From Paracoccaceae bacterium (GTDB lineage Bacteria > Pseudomonadota > Alphaproteobacteria > Rhodobacterales > Rhodobacteraceae): a stretch of 45,126 nt of DNA. Positions within the stretch are counted from its first letter, which is position 1; each line of letters opens with the position of its first letter. Below, piece after piece: positions 17,183 through 27,006 of the stretch. The notes under the pieces were generated by a model. It saw only the letters and a list, made by a program, of their open reading frames with translations. It was not told where the DNA came from and made no database searches. The DNA lies in the NCBI GenBank assembly GCA_026982575.1, contig JALSGU010000291.1:1-45126 (forward strand), written 5' to 3'. The position numbers and the translations under genes were made by a program.

Positions 17183-18385
17183 ATGACCGAAGACGTAAAA
17201 CTTCCGGAAATTCAAACCTTCGAAAATGTTGTTGTAACTCCGCATGTGCGTAATGCTGCGGGCCGCACCATGCCTTCCGGGCCAATTTGGCCTGACTGGG
17301 CAAGCCAGATACTTGCGCGCCACTGTCGGCACGGTTTTCCCGAGGATCGGGAGCCGCCCTGGCCGGAAAAGGTAGAAGTATATGTGGATGAACCAATGAT
17401 CTGGTGCGGTATGGCCCATCCACATTTTGGTCACTTCATGTCGGAATTTGCCCCGCGTATCCTTCAGTCCAAACAACACGGGCAGGGAAGCCCGTTGCTC
17501 TTTGGGTGCTCTTACCCGAAAATGATCGAAACGGGTGCGCTTGAGGATACCCCCAGGCACTTCCGGTTTGTACTGGATTGGTATGGTGTGAAACCGGAAG
17601 AAGTCCGTTTTTGCACCAAGGTTATGCAGGTAAAAACCCTGAAAGTAGCAGCGCAAGCCGAGCAGCTTGTAAGCTTGACCCGAAAAAAAGAACCGCCGAG
17701 TATAGCAGAGGAATACCTTGATTTACTGGATGAAAACACCGCTAGAAACAATTTTGTTCCGATTCCGAACAGAGTCGTTTATGTCTCGCGGGGCAAGATG
17801 CCGGCATTCCGGGGTAATCATCTCGCGGCCAAGTACCTTGACACGGTGCTGGAAGCCCTCGGGGTTACAGTTTATTATCCGGAGCACAATCCGCTTGGCC
17901 ATCAGATTGCCACCTATGCAGGCGCGCAAGAGCTGATCTTTGCCGAAGGATCGGCCATTCATGGTGCCCAGATTTTGGGGCGAAGCTTTAATAATCTTAC
18001 CATTTTAAACAGGCGCACCGATACCAGATTGGTTGAAAAAAACATGGTTCCTCGCTGTAAATACTTTTCCTTTATTGATGCCCTGAGCCATATATTTGTC
18101 TTTAATGATCCAAGCAACAAACCCATGCCGGCCTTTGCTATGGCTAAATTCAACCTTGATCAGTTGTTCAAGGATTTTAAGGATCGTGGCATAGATCTGG
18201 CGCAAGCATGGAATATGGCCGCATATAACCAAGCCGTCGAGGAAAGCTTGATGGCGTGGGTGACCGCCACCCAGAGCCGGCCCAACCGGCAGGGCCTGGA
18301 GATCGACCAATCCACGCTTATTGCTACCCTGCGACAAGCCGGGCACGGTGCTGCAGCAGATCATTTAATAGCGATTATGCCCTAG
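17183..18385 (+). CDS. Glycosyltransferase family 61 / DUF563-like protein
   Basis: 400 aa. …WCGMAHPHFGHFMSEFAPRIL… and …VYVSRGKMPAFRGNHLAAKYLDTVLEALGVTVYYPEHNPLGHQIATYAGAQELIFAEGSAIHGAQILG… follow the DUF563 pattern: an H-x-x-x-E-x-x-P-R-like block, then a YISR…E…HGAg block. It is divergent from the GSCFA gene. Confidence 0.55.
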   Translation: MTEDVKLPEIQTFENVVVTPHVRNAAGRTMPSGPIWPDWASQILARHCRHGFPEDREPPWPEKVEVYVDEPMIWCGMAHPHFGHFMSEFAPRILQSKQHGQGSPLLFGCSYPKMIETGALEDTPRHFRFVLDWYGVKPEEVRFCTKVMQVKTLKVAAQAEQLVSLTRKKEPPSIAEEYLDLLDENTARNNFVPIPNRVVYVSRGKMPAFRGNHLAAKYLDTVLEALGVTVYYPEHNPLGHQIATYAGAQELIFAEGSAIHGAQILGRSFNNLTILNRRTDTRLVEKNMVPRCKYFSFIDALSHIFVFNDPSNKPMPAFAMAKFNLDQLFKDFKDRGIDLAQAWNMAAYNQAVEESLMAWVTATQSRPNRQGLEIDQSTLIATLRQAGHGAAADHLIAIMP

Positions 18386-18951
18386 ATATCGGATGCCGAT
18401 GTAATTACTTTGCTTAGCAACCCGTATTTGATGGCCTCATTCGTATTCAGCCAGAAATCACGCCGCGTGTCTTTGGCAATTTTTTCCGGTGTCTGGCCGG
18501 TGGCCTCGGCAAAAATGCGTTCAAACCGTTCTTTCATAATTTCAAGCTGCTGGGCCTGAATTTCAATATCGGAGGCTTTGCCGCCAATGCCGCCACTGGG
18601 TTGATGCAGCAAAAAACGTGTATTTGGCAGGCAAAAACGGTTTTCCTTTTTGGCGCCGATAAAAATCAACGCACCGGCACTGGCCACCCAGCCAGAACCG
18701 ATCACACGCACCACCGGTTTAATGAATTTAATCAGATCATGCACCATATCGCCCGATTCAACATGGCCACCGGGTGATGAAATAAACATGGTGATCGGAT
18801 CATCGCTTACGGCTGCCAATGCCAACAGGCGTTCGGATGTGGTTTTGGCCAGCTTGTCGTTGATTTCGCCAACCACGGTAACATACCGGTTTTCAAAGGT
18901 AATACGCTCGGGCGAAAACGCCTTGTCTTTTTCGTCTTTATCGTCGCTCAT
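18382..18951 (-). CDS. ClpP-family serine protease paralog with a non-canonical N-terminus
   Basis: ~189 aa from the ATG at 18951. …MFISSPGGHVESGDMV…GSGWVASAGALIF…LLHQPSGGIGGKASDIEIQA…DTRRDFWL…AIKYGLL carries Ser/His/Asp in ClpP-like positions. The acidic N-terminus MSDDKDEKDK… lacks the usual axial-loop sequence. Confidence 0.75.
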   Translation of the reverse strand: MSDDKDEKDKAFSPERITFENRYVTVVGEINDKLAKTTSERLLALAAVSDDPITMFISSPGGHVESGDMVHDLIKFIKPVVRVIGSGWVASAGALIFIGAKKENRFCLPNTRFLLHQPSGGIGGKASDIEIQAQQLEIMKERFERIFAEATGQTPEKIAKDTRRDFWLNTNEAIKYGLLSKVITSASDI

Positions 18952-19019
18952 GATCAATGCCTTATGTCTGTGTTTCCATAGCTATCGCATTTTCCCCAAC
19001 AGAGTGTAAACCGCATAAA

Positions 19020-19484
19020 TCAAAGCGGCAGGGGGCGTTGCTCGGCGATGGTTTCCATAGCGAAATAAGACGTAACCGAATCCAGTTCAACCTTTGCGAT
19101 CAATCTTTGGTAAACATGGTCATAACTGGCCATATCTTGCGTGACGACCTTAAGCATATAATCATAATCCCCGCCGATGCGGAAAAAATCGATGACCTCG
19201 GGGATGGTGCCAACATGGGCGCGAAAGGTTTTTAACCAATCGGATGAATGGTGCCGCGTGCGCAACATTACAAACACCACCAGCCCCAGCCCCAGTTTCT
19301 GGCGGTCCAACACGGTTGTTTGGCCGGTGATCACCCCGTTTTGACGCAGATTTTGCAATCGTCGCCAGCAGGCATTTTGCGAAAGCCCGACAACTTCGGC
19401 CAGCTCACGCTGGGATTTTGACGAATCCTTTTGCAAAGCCGCAAGGATATTTCTATCAATTTGATCTATATTTTTAGCATTCAT
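19020..19484 (-). CDS. Lrp/AsnC-family transcriptional regulator
   Basis: MNAKNIDQIDRNILAALQKDSSKSQRELAEVVGLSQNACWRRLQNL is the HTH_AsnC part, followed by a C-terminal RAM/AsnC_trans_reg domain. An alternative GTG start lies at 19499. Confidence 0.88.
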   Translation of the reverse strand: MNAKNIDQIDRNILAALQKDSSKSQRELAEVVGLSQNACWRRLQNLRQNGVITGQTTVLDRQKLGLGLVVFVMLRTRHHSSDWLKTFRAHVGTIPEVIDFFRIGGDYDYMLKVVTQDMASYDHVYQRLIAKVELDSVTSYFAMETIAEQRPLPL

Positions 19485-19584
19485 ACGATCATTTGACACA
19501 ATATTTTAGGGGAATGCAATGTAAAGCGGGATGATTATTGCCGGTTTATCGCGGAAAATACCCCGAACAGCAAGGAATCACCCA

Positions 19585-20970
19585 ATGACATTAGATATTT
19601 TTCGCAATTCTCTGGTTACAGAAAATATTCTTGCGGATCTGCGTGATGGCCTGATTGGCGAGGGGGTGATGATTCCCTCGGCAAACGGCGATGTGCCGCT
19701 GGTCTATGCAGATTACGTGGCCTCGGGGCGGGCATTGCAGCAGGTAGAGGATTATGTGCAAAAACATGTGCTGCCATTTTACGCCAACACCCATACCGAG
19801 GATTCGTTTTGCGGGCGTTATACCGGCCAGCTGCGTGAAGCCGCGCGGGCAGAAATTGCGCGACTGACTGGCGCAAGCGATGGTAATTCCGTGGTTTTCA
19901 CAGGCTCGGGCGCCACTGCGGGGCTGAACCGGTTGGTGGCATTGTTGAATGTGGACAAAGCAAAAAATCCGGTGGTTTTTATCGGGCCATACGAGCATCA
20001 TTCAAACATTCTGCCATGGCGTGAAAGCCGCGCAAAAGTGGTGGAAATACCCGAAACCAAAAATGGCGGACCGGATCTGGCCGCACTGGCACAAGCGCTG
20101 GAACATCACGCGGATGCAGACCTGAAAATCGGCAGCTTTTCGGCAGCATCGAATGTAACCGGCGTGATCACCGATACCGATCCGGTAACAAGGTTGTTAA
20201 AATCCAACGGCGCGCTGGCGGTGTGGGATTATGCCGGTGGTGGCCCGTATCTGGCCATCGATATGGCAACAGGAACAGATGCGGAAAAAGACGCGGTTGT
20301 AATTTCACCCCATAAATTCCCCGGCGGGCCGGGGGCATCGGGGGTGATGATCGTGCGGGATGCAGCTGTTAAACGCCAAACGCCAACTTGGCCGGGCGGC
20401 GGCACGGTGGCCTTTGTTTCGCCGTGGGAACACGAATATCTGGATGATATTATTTCGCGTGAAGAGGCCGGAACCCCGAACATTATCGGTGATATCCGCG
20501 CGGCGCTGGCCTTTATTGTCAAAGATGTCATTGGTCAAAAAACCATCGAAGCGCGCGAGGCAGAGCTGAACGCCATGGCCATCAAAGGCTGGGCGGATAA
20601 CCCGTATCTGACATTGCTTGGCACAGAAATGGACCACCGCTTGCCGATATTTTCGTTTCTGGTGCATGACGCGGCTGAAAACAGCATCCATTACGCCGAG
20701 GTCACCCAAAAGCTGAGCGACATTTACGGCATCCAGTCCCGTGGCGGCTGCGCCTGTGCAGGGCCATACGGCCATCGGCTGCTGGAGGTAGACCAACCCC
20801 ATTCAGAATCCCTGCACCGGCAGCTAAGTGCTGGTGATCTGCAAGCCAAACCCGGCTGGATCCGCCTGAATTTCAGTTATTTGATGAATGACAAAACTGC
20901 GCAATACATCATCGATAGCGTTGATGAACTGACCCGTGATCTGGCCAGCCAGCACCGTCTGGCAGGCTGA
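19585..20970 (+). CDS. Class V-fold PLP-dependent aminotransferase / cysteine-desulfurase-like enzyme
   Basis: 461 aa from the ATG at 19585, with an AAGGAA RBS 7 nt upstream. …FTGSGATAGLN…, …FSAASNVTGV… and the PLP-lysine context …ISPHKFPGGPGASGV… are present. It is divergent from the Lrp regulator. Confidence 0.75.
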   Translation: MTLDIFRNSLVTENILADLRDGLIGEGVMIPSANGDVPLVYADYVASGRALQQVEDYVQKHVLPFYANTHTEDSFCGRYTGQLREAARAEIARLTGASDGNSVVFTGSGATAGLNRLVALLNVDKAKNPVVFIGPYEHHSNILPWRESRAKVVEIPETKNGGPDLAALAQALEHHADADLKIGSFSAASNVTGVITDTDPVTRLLKSNGALAVWDYAGGGPYLAIDMATGTDAEKDAVVISPHKFPGGPGASGVMIVRDAAVKRQTPTWPGGGTVAFVSPWEHEYLDDIISREEAGTPNIIGDIRAALAFIVKDVIGQKTIEAREAELNAMAIKGWADNPYLTLLGTEMDHRLPIFSFLVHDAAENSIHYAEVTQKLSDIYGIQSRGGCACAGPYGHRLLEVDQPHSESLHRQLSAGDLQAKPGWIRLNFSYLMNDKTAQYIIDSVDELTRDLASQHRLAG

Positions 20971-20999
20971 AAGGCATTGAATTAACACCATCACATTAC

Positions 21000-21027
21000 G
21001 CCAAAGCCGGCCAGCGCTTGGCTTTTG
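21000..21027 (+). terminator. Weak candidate intrinsic terminator after the aminotransferase gene
   Basis: GCCAA(A)GC-loop-GCTTGGC forms a 7-bp stem with one bulge, followed by TTTT. Confidence 0.3.
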
Positions 21028-21106
21028 AGGGAAGGTCGCTTAAATGGGTTCATAAGAGCAGCACTAAAACGTGAACGGCTTATATAGAACCCACCAAGGA
21101 AAATTG

Positions 21107-21868
21107 ATGGCAACGCCTTCTCCTTTAGTCAGCATCATAACCCCGAGCCATAATTGCGCGTCTGTGATCACAGAAACACTGCGCAGCGTGCAATCCCAGA
21201 CCTTTACGGATTGGGAGCATATCATCATTGATGACGCCTCCACCGACAATAGCCGTGTCATCCTTGAAGCCCATTGCGACCAGGAACCGCGTGCGCGCTG
21301 GATCGGGCTTTCGCAAAATCAGGGCGCGGCGGTGGCACGCAATGCGGGAATAGACGTGGCGCGCGGGCGCTATATTGCTTTTCTGGATTCAGATGATCTT
21401 TGGTATCCCGAAAAACTGCGCGCCCAGCTGGAATTTATGAACAAGGGGAATATTGCATTTTCGTTTTGCAGCTATGATAAAATCGATGAACAGGGTAAAA
21501 TTATCGGAGAAGTAATTGCGCCAAAGCAACAGCGATACAGAGATCTTTTGAAAAACAATACGATTGGCTGCCTTACCATGATGTATGACACCAAAAAACT
21601 GGGTAAAATCCCCATGCCGCTTATCCGCTTAGCACAGGATTTGGGGTTATCCTTGAGTCTGTTAAAAAAGACTAAATATGCCTATGGCATGCAGGATAAA
21701 CTAGCCCAATACCGCATTCGCAGCAATTCAATTTCGGCCAACAAAGCCAGCGCTGCCAAATTCACATGGAAGCTGTATCGCGAGGTTGAAAAACTGCCTT
21801 TGCCCAAAGCAATTTATTATTTCACACATTACGCTGTGAACGGCATCATCAAAACATATCTGAAATAA
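21107..21868 (+). CDS. Family 2 glycosyltransferase
   Basis: MATPSPLVSIITPSHNCASVI… (GT2 N-terminal block), …IIIDDASTDNS…, …FLDSDDLW… (DxD). An AAGGAA RBS precedes the ATG at 21107. Confidence 0.88.
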   Translation: MATPSPLVSIITPSHNCASVITETLRSVQSQTFTDWEHIIIDDASTDNSRVILEAHCDQEPRARWIGLSQNQGAAVARNAGIDVARGRYIAFLDSDDLWYPEKLRAQLEFMNKGNIAFSFCSYDKIDEQGKIIGEVIAPKQQRYRDLLKNNTIGCLTMMYDTKKLGKIPMPLIRLAQDLGLSLSLLKKTKYAYGMQDKLAQYRIRSNSISANKASAAKFTWKLYREVEKLPLPKAIYYFTHYAVNGIIKTYLK

Positions 21869-21881
21869 TGCAGGGAGCCGG

Positions 21882-22760
21882 ATGATGGATGCACAAATCA
21901 TGCTAATCGGAAGTTCTGGTCGCGTTGGCAAAATGGTTGGTGCTGGCTGGCGAAGCTCAAATCGCCCATGGCGTAATGCACCCTTTCAGGTTCGCAATGG
22001 CACGGCGCCAATATCACCCGGAAAAATTGTCTGGGATGTGGATAATGGTTTGGAACCTCTTTTGCGCTGGATAGAAAGCTATGGCGAGATATCGGCTTTT
22101 GTTGTTTTGGCAGGAACCACACCGGCGACTGGCGCAGACATGGGTGCAAATATCCATATTGCAACAAAATATCTGGATGCTGCGCTGGCGGCATCTGTGC
22201 CCCGTGTATTGCTGGCCTCTTCTTCGGCAGTTTATGGCCCGGGCGATGGCACGCCCCTTTCCGAGACCGCTGCATGTAACCCGATAAATGCTTACGGCGT
22301 ATCAAAACGGAAAATGGAGCAGGCCGCCGAACCCTATAAAGACGCAGGGCTAGATGTTTGTTGTTTGCGCATCGGCAACATAGCGGGCGCGGATGCAATG
22401 CTGTTAAATGCAGCCTCTGCGACATCAAAAAACCCGATACGGATAGATCAATTTCCGGATGGCAAAGGGCCGCTCAGGTCATATATCGGCCCAAGCGCCT
22501 TTGGTGATTGCCTTGGGCAACTGGCCACCCATACCGGTTCACTGCCATTTTTATTGAATGTGGCAGCGCCAAACCCTGTCCATATGGAAAGTTTGGCGGA
22601 TGCTGCGTTACTGCCATGGGCTTATCGCGCTGCGCCAGCTGTCGCGATACAAAACATCTCATTGGAGTGTCAGGCCTTGTGTGATCTGGTCAATTTTCCT
22701 ATGAATGCGGCGAAGCCTAGGGAGATTGCCTTGGATTGGCTGGAGCATCGAGACCAATGA
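21882..22760 (+). CDS. NAD-dependent epimerase/dehydratase-family (extended SDR) protein
   Basis: 292 aa with the Rossmann motif LIGSSGRVG, the catalytic Y-x-x-x-K in AYGVSKRKME, and …ASSSAVYG…. Its stop overlaps the start of the next gene (ATGA). Confidence 0.75.
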   Translation: MMDAQIMLIGSSGRVGKMVGAGWRSSNRPWRNAPFQVRNGTAPISPGKIVWDVDNGLEPLLRWIESYGEISAFVVLAGTTPATGADMGANIHIATKYLDAALAASVPRVLLASSSAVYGPGDGTPLSETAACNPINAYGVSKRKMEQAAEPYKDAGLDVCCLRIGNIAGADAMLLNAASATSKNPIRIDQFPDGKGPLRSYIGPSAFGDCLGQLATHTGSLPFLLNVAAPNPVHMESLADAALLPWAYRAAPAVAIQNISLECQALCDLVNFPMNAAKPREIALDWLEHRDQ

Positions 22761-23362
22761 CGTTTTCAAAACGGATATTTGACTTAATCGTTGCTGTGAT
22801 CCTGTCCATAGTTTTGCTGCCGGTAATTGTGATCACATCACTTGCGATCCTTATTCTGGATGGGCGGCCGGTATTTTTTATCTCGGAGCGGATGCACAGC
22901 CCGCAACAGGGCTTTCAGCTCATAAAGTTTCGCACCATGAAGCCCTCGATTGAAAATCGCGGTGTATCGGGAGGGGACAAAAATGCCCGCATTACCCGTA
23001 CGGGCCGTTTCCTCAGGCGCTCCAGATTAGACGAGCTTCCCCAGCTTTTTAACGTGTTTCGTGGCGATATCAGCTTTGTAGGGCCGCGCCCGCCTTTGCG
23101 TCAATATGTTGAGCGGTTCCCCGAAATTTACGCACAGGTGCTTTTGTCCCGCCCGGGGATCAGCGGGCTGGCCTCGGTTTTATATCATGAACATGAGGAG
23201 CGCCTGCTTGAGCGGTCAACCAGCCTTGACGAAACCGACGCGATATATGCCCGTATCTGCATCCCGCGCAAAGCCAAACTGGACCTGATTTATCAAGCAA
23301 ACCGGACACTTTGTTACGATATAAAAATCATGCTGATGACAGTTTTTAAGTCTTTGCGTTAG
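22757..23362 (+). CDS. Small bacterial sugar transferase (polyprenyl-phosphate hexose-1-phosphate transferase, PglC/WbaP C-terminal-domain type)
   Basis: 201 aa with one N-terminal re-entrant/TM helix (KRIFDLIVAVILSIVLLPVIVI…). …KFRTM…, …DELPQLFNVFRGDISFVGPRP… are the hallmark motifs. Confidence 0.88.
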   Translation: MTFSKRIFDLIVAVILSIVLLPVIVITSLAILILDGRPVFFISERMHSPQQGFQLIKFRTMKPSIENRGVSGGDKNARITRTGRFLRRSRLDELPQLFNVFRGDISFVGPRPPLRQYVERFPEIYAQVLLSRPGISGLASVLYHEHEERLLERSTSLDETDAIYARICIPRKAKLDLIYQANRTLCYDIKIMLMTVFKSLR

Positions 23363-23384
23363 GGTTGGGACATATAGGGGCGCC

Positions 23385-23556
23385 ATGATCTGGTTGATTT
23401 CAAGAACTGGCTGAAAGCATTGAGATCAAGGTGGCCAAGGCAAACAGCATTCTGACCAAGGTGCAGGTTCAGGCGCCGAAAAAGACGAAGTCGGGTGGTG
23501 AGGCCTGTGGGCGGGGTCGGCGCGCGAATAATAGACGGGACCCTGACCTCTGGAAA
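23385..23556 (-). pseudogene. Degenerate IS5-family transposase fragment
   Basis: The minus strand reads …GLTTRLRLF..LNLHLGQNAV…, compared with …GLISKLHAVCDGKG.RPVRLHLTAGQ… in the 720-1014 remnant. Its right end (23528-23556, AATAATAGACGGGACCCTGACCTCTGG) is a degenerate copy of the 39-nt repeat core. Confidence 0.4.
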
Positions 23557-23570
23557 AGCGTGCGTGTATC

Positions 23571-23599
23571 TTGACAGAACTCGCCCCCCACCCTAAATA
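23571..23599 (+). promoter_or_regulatory. groESL promoter (sigma70-like; also compatible with an RpoH-type CTTG…CCTAAAT)
   Basis: TTGACA (23571-23576), a 17-nt spacer, then TAAATA (23594-23599), placed just upstream of CIRCE. Confidence 0.6.
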
Positions 23600-23606
23600 C
23601 ATCCCG

Positions 23607-23633
23607 TTAGCACTCCACGGTGGTGAGTGCTAT
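23607..23633 (+). promoter_or_regulatory. CIRCE operator (HrcA binding site)
   Basis: TTAGCACTC-CACGGTGGT-GAGTGCTAT against the consensus TTAGCACTC-N9-GAGTGCTAA (17/18). It sits between the promoter and groES. Confidence 0.92.
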
Positions 23634-23684
23634 TGACGTAAAACCACCTGAATTATTTGGACAAACCAAAGGGAGCATCCAAAA

Positions 23685-23972
23685 ATGGCATTTACACCAT
23701 TGCATGACCGCGTTGTTGTTCGTCGTCTCGACGAAGAAGAAAAAACAGCTGGCGGCCTTATCATTCCTGATTCCGCAAAAGAAAAACCTTCGACAGGTGA
23801 AATCGTTTCCGTTGGTGCAGGCGCACGCGACGAAGACGGTGATCGCATCGCCATGGACGTAAAAGCCGGCGACCAAGTGTTGTTTGGCAAATGGTCCGGC
23901 ACCGAAGTCAAGATTGACGGCGAAGACCTGTTGATCATGAAAGAATCCGACATCATGGGCATTCTGGCCTAA
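23685..23972 (+). CDS. groES: Co-chaperonin GroES
   Basis: 95 aa: [14 protein letters not shown]…[17 protein letters not shown]…G.V..VG.G…. Confidence 0.97.
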   Translation: MAFTPLHDRVVVRRLDEEEKTAGGLIIPDSAKEKPSTGEIVSVGAGARDEDGDRIAMDVKAGDQVLFGKWSGTEVKIDGEDLLIMKESDIMGILA

Positions 23973-23997
23973 TCAATCGTTTCCTAACATAATTTGA

Positions 23998-25659
<1,662 letters not shown>

Positions 25660-25684
25660 GCCACGCCTTGGCGTCAAGAATTGA

Positions 25685-25711
25685 GGGTCGCCTTCGGGCG
25701 GCCCTTTTTTA
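25685..25711 (+). terminator. Intrinsic terminator of groESL
   Basis: The GC-rich hairpin GGGTCGCC-TTCG-GGCGGCCC is followed by TTTTTT. Confidence 0.8.
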
Positions 25712-25745
25712 TTACCAAGCGGCAATACGACACCTGAAATTCCTT

Positions 25746-25985
25746 ATGAAAAACGAAATAACCTACCACCGCCTGAATCCCGACAACGCCCGCCTTTTGA
25801 TTGGGTCCGATATTTTTGACAAACCGGTTGGTCCAAAACGACTAACAGATTTTATTAATCATCCCGCGCGTTATATGAAAAACTGTTGGCAACGCGACAA
25901 ACAAAAGACATTGTTGGTTATGATCGGGACCGGGCGATGGGTGATTGATTTCGGGCAATGGCGGCAAAGTATCGCAAATAATTGA
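25746..25985 (+). pseudogene. Possible N-terminal remnant of a GNAT-family acetyltransferase
   Basis: MKNEITYHRLNPDNARLLIGSDIFDKPVGPKRLTDFINHP… resembles GNAT N-termini. A shifted frame gives …LLATRQTKDIVGY… and then stops. No acetyl-CoA-binding (R/Q-x-x-G-x-G/A) region follows. Confidence 0.3.
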
Positions 25986-26021
25986 CTTGGCATTGACCGG
26001 TTTTCACCCCATATACCGTTA

Positions 26022-26900
26022 ATGATTTCCCGCTCCTTTATTTCGCTTTGGCATCATATTCGATATGCCCCGCTTTTTGCGGCGATAACCTCGTCCAAGG
26101 GGCGGCGGTTTGATCGGCGTGCCAAGGCATTGGGGGCGATATTCGGATTTGGCATTCGCATGTATCCATTCGCGCGGCGCAAATTCAATAAAGAAATCAA
26201 GCGAGTTTTCCCAGATATTTCGCGGGCTGAACGCCGGAAATTGCGCAAAAACATGGCGCGAAACATGGGTCAGACCTTGTTTGAAATTTACCATGCCAAG
26301 GAATTTCAGGCCTTTCACAAAGAAATCAATGTTGCCGGGCCGGGGTTGGCGACGCTGGAACAGGCCCGCAAAAACGGCAAAGGCGCGATTATTGTTTCGG
26401 GGCATTTTGGCCAATGGGAGGCCATTCGGCTTTTTCTAAAAGAACGCGGTATGGAAACCGGCGCAGTCTATCGGCGGCAGAAAAACCGCCATTACCAGCG
26501 GCGTTTGCTGGCGGGAATTGAATCGGTTGGCCAGCCGATTATGGCCTCTGATGCCAACGGCACCCGCAATCTTGTGCGGCATTTACGCAATGGTGGTTTT
26601 GTGGCAATTCTGCTGGACGAAAAATCAGCCGACGGGGCACGGTTGCCGTTTTTGGGCCATGAGGCCCTAACCTCGGTTTCAGCAGCGCGATTGGCGTTGA
26701 AATTTGATGTGCCGATGGTGCCCGCATATGGCACCCGCATTGGTGACGGCAGCAATTTTCAGGTCGATTTTGAGGCCGAGATCCCCCCGAGTGACACCCT
26801 GACCATGACCCGGGCATTTAATGACAGCCTGTCCAGACGCATACTTGAAAACCCCGAACAATGGTACTGGATGCTGCGCCGCTGGAAGGGTGCCGATTAG
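26022..26900 (+). CDS. Lysophospholipid/lipid A biosynthesis acyltransferase (LpxL/HtrB family)
   Basis: 292 aa. …GAIIVSGHFGQWEAI… is the H-x4-E/D acyltransferase motif typical of LpxL-type enzymes, and the C-terminus carries …PEQWYWMLRRWK. Confidence 0.7.
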   Translation: MISRSFISLWHHIRYAPLFAAITSSKGRRFDRRAKALGAIFGFGIRMYPFARRKFNKEIKRVFPDISRAERRKLRKNMARNMGQTLFEIYHAKEFQAFHKEINVAGPGLATLEQARKNGKGAIIVSGHFGQWEAIRLFLKERGMETGAVYRRQKNRHYQRRLLAGIESVGQPIMASDANGTRNLVRHLRNGGFVAILLDEKSADGARLPFLGHEALTSVSAARLALKFDVPMVPAYGTRIGDGSNFQVDFEAEIPPSDTLTMTRAFNDSLSRRILENPEQWYWMLRRWKGAD

Positions 26901-26937
26901 CTTTTCTTGGGCTGACTGAGCTTATCTACACTAAATG

Positions 26938-26966
26938 TTGCGTAAATTCTGTGGATAGAATATATT
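26938..26966 (+). promoter_or_regulatory. Candidate sigma70 promoter for the DUF2853 gene
   Basis: TTGCGT, a 17-nt spacer, then TATATT, about 40 nt upstream of the ATG at 27007. Confidence 0.35.
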
Positions 26967-27006
26967 AATACTGTCTTACAATAACACCGGAACAGGGAAT
27001 ACTAAA

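Noticed and set aside
15200-23362. A defence island, toxin-antitoxin pair or prophage hidden in the accessory-looking middle region.
   Set aside because: I could recognise no nuclease, helicase-nuclease, methyltransferase, reverse transcriptase, Cas, Abi, TIR/SIR2, integrase, capsid or terminase-like sequences. All ORFs of useful length are accounted for by glycan-related enzymes, ClpP, Lrp and an aminotransferase.
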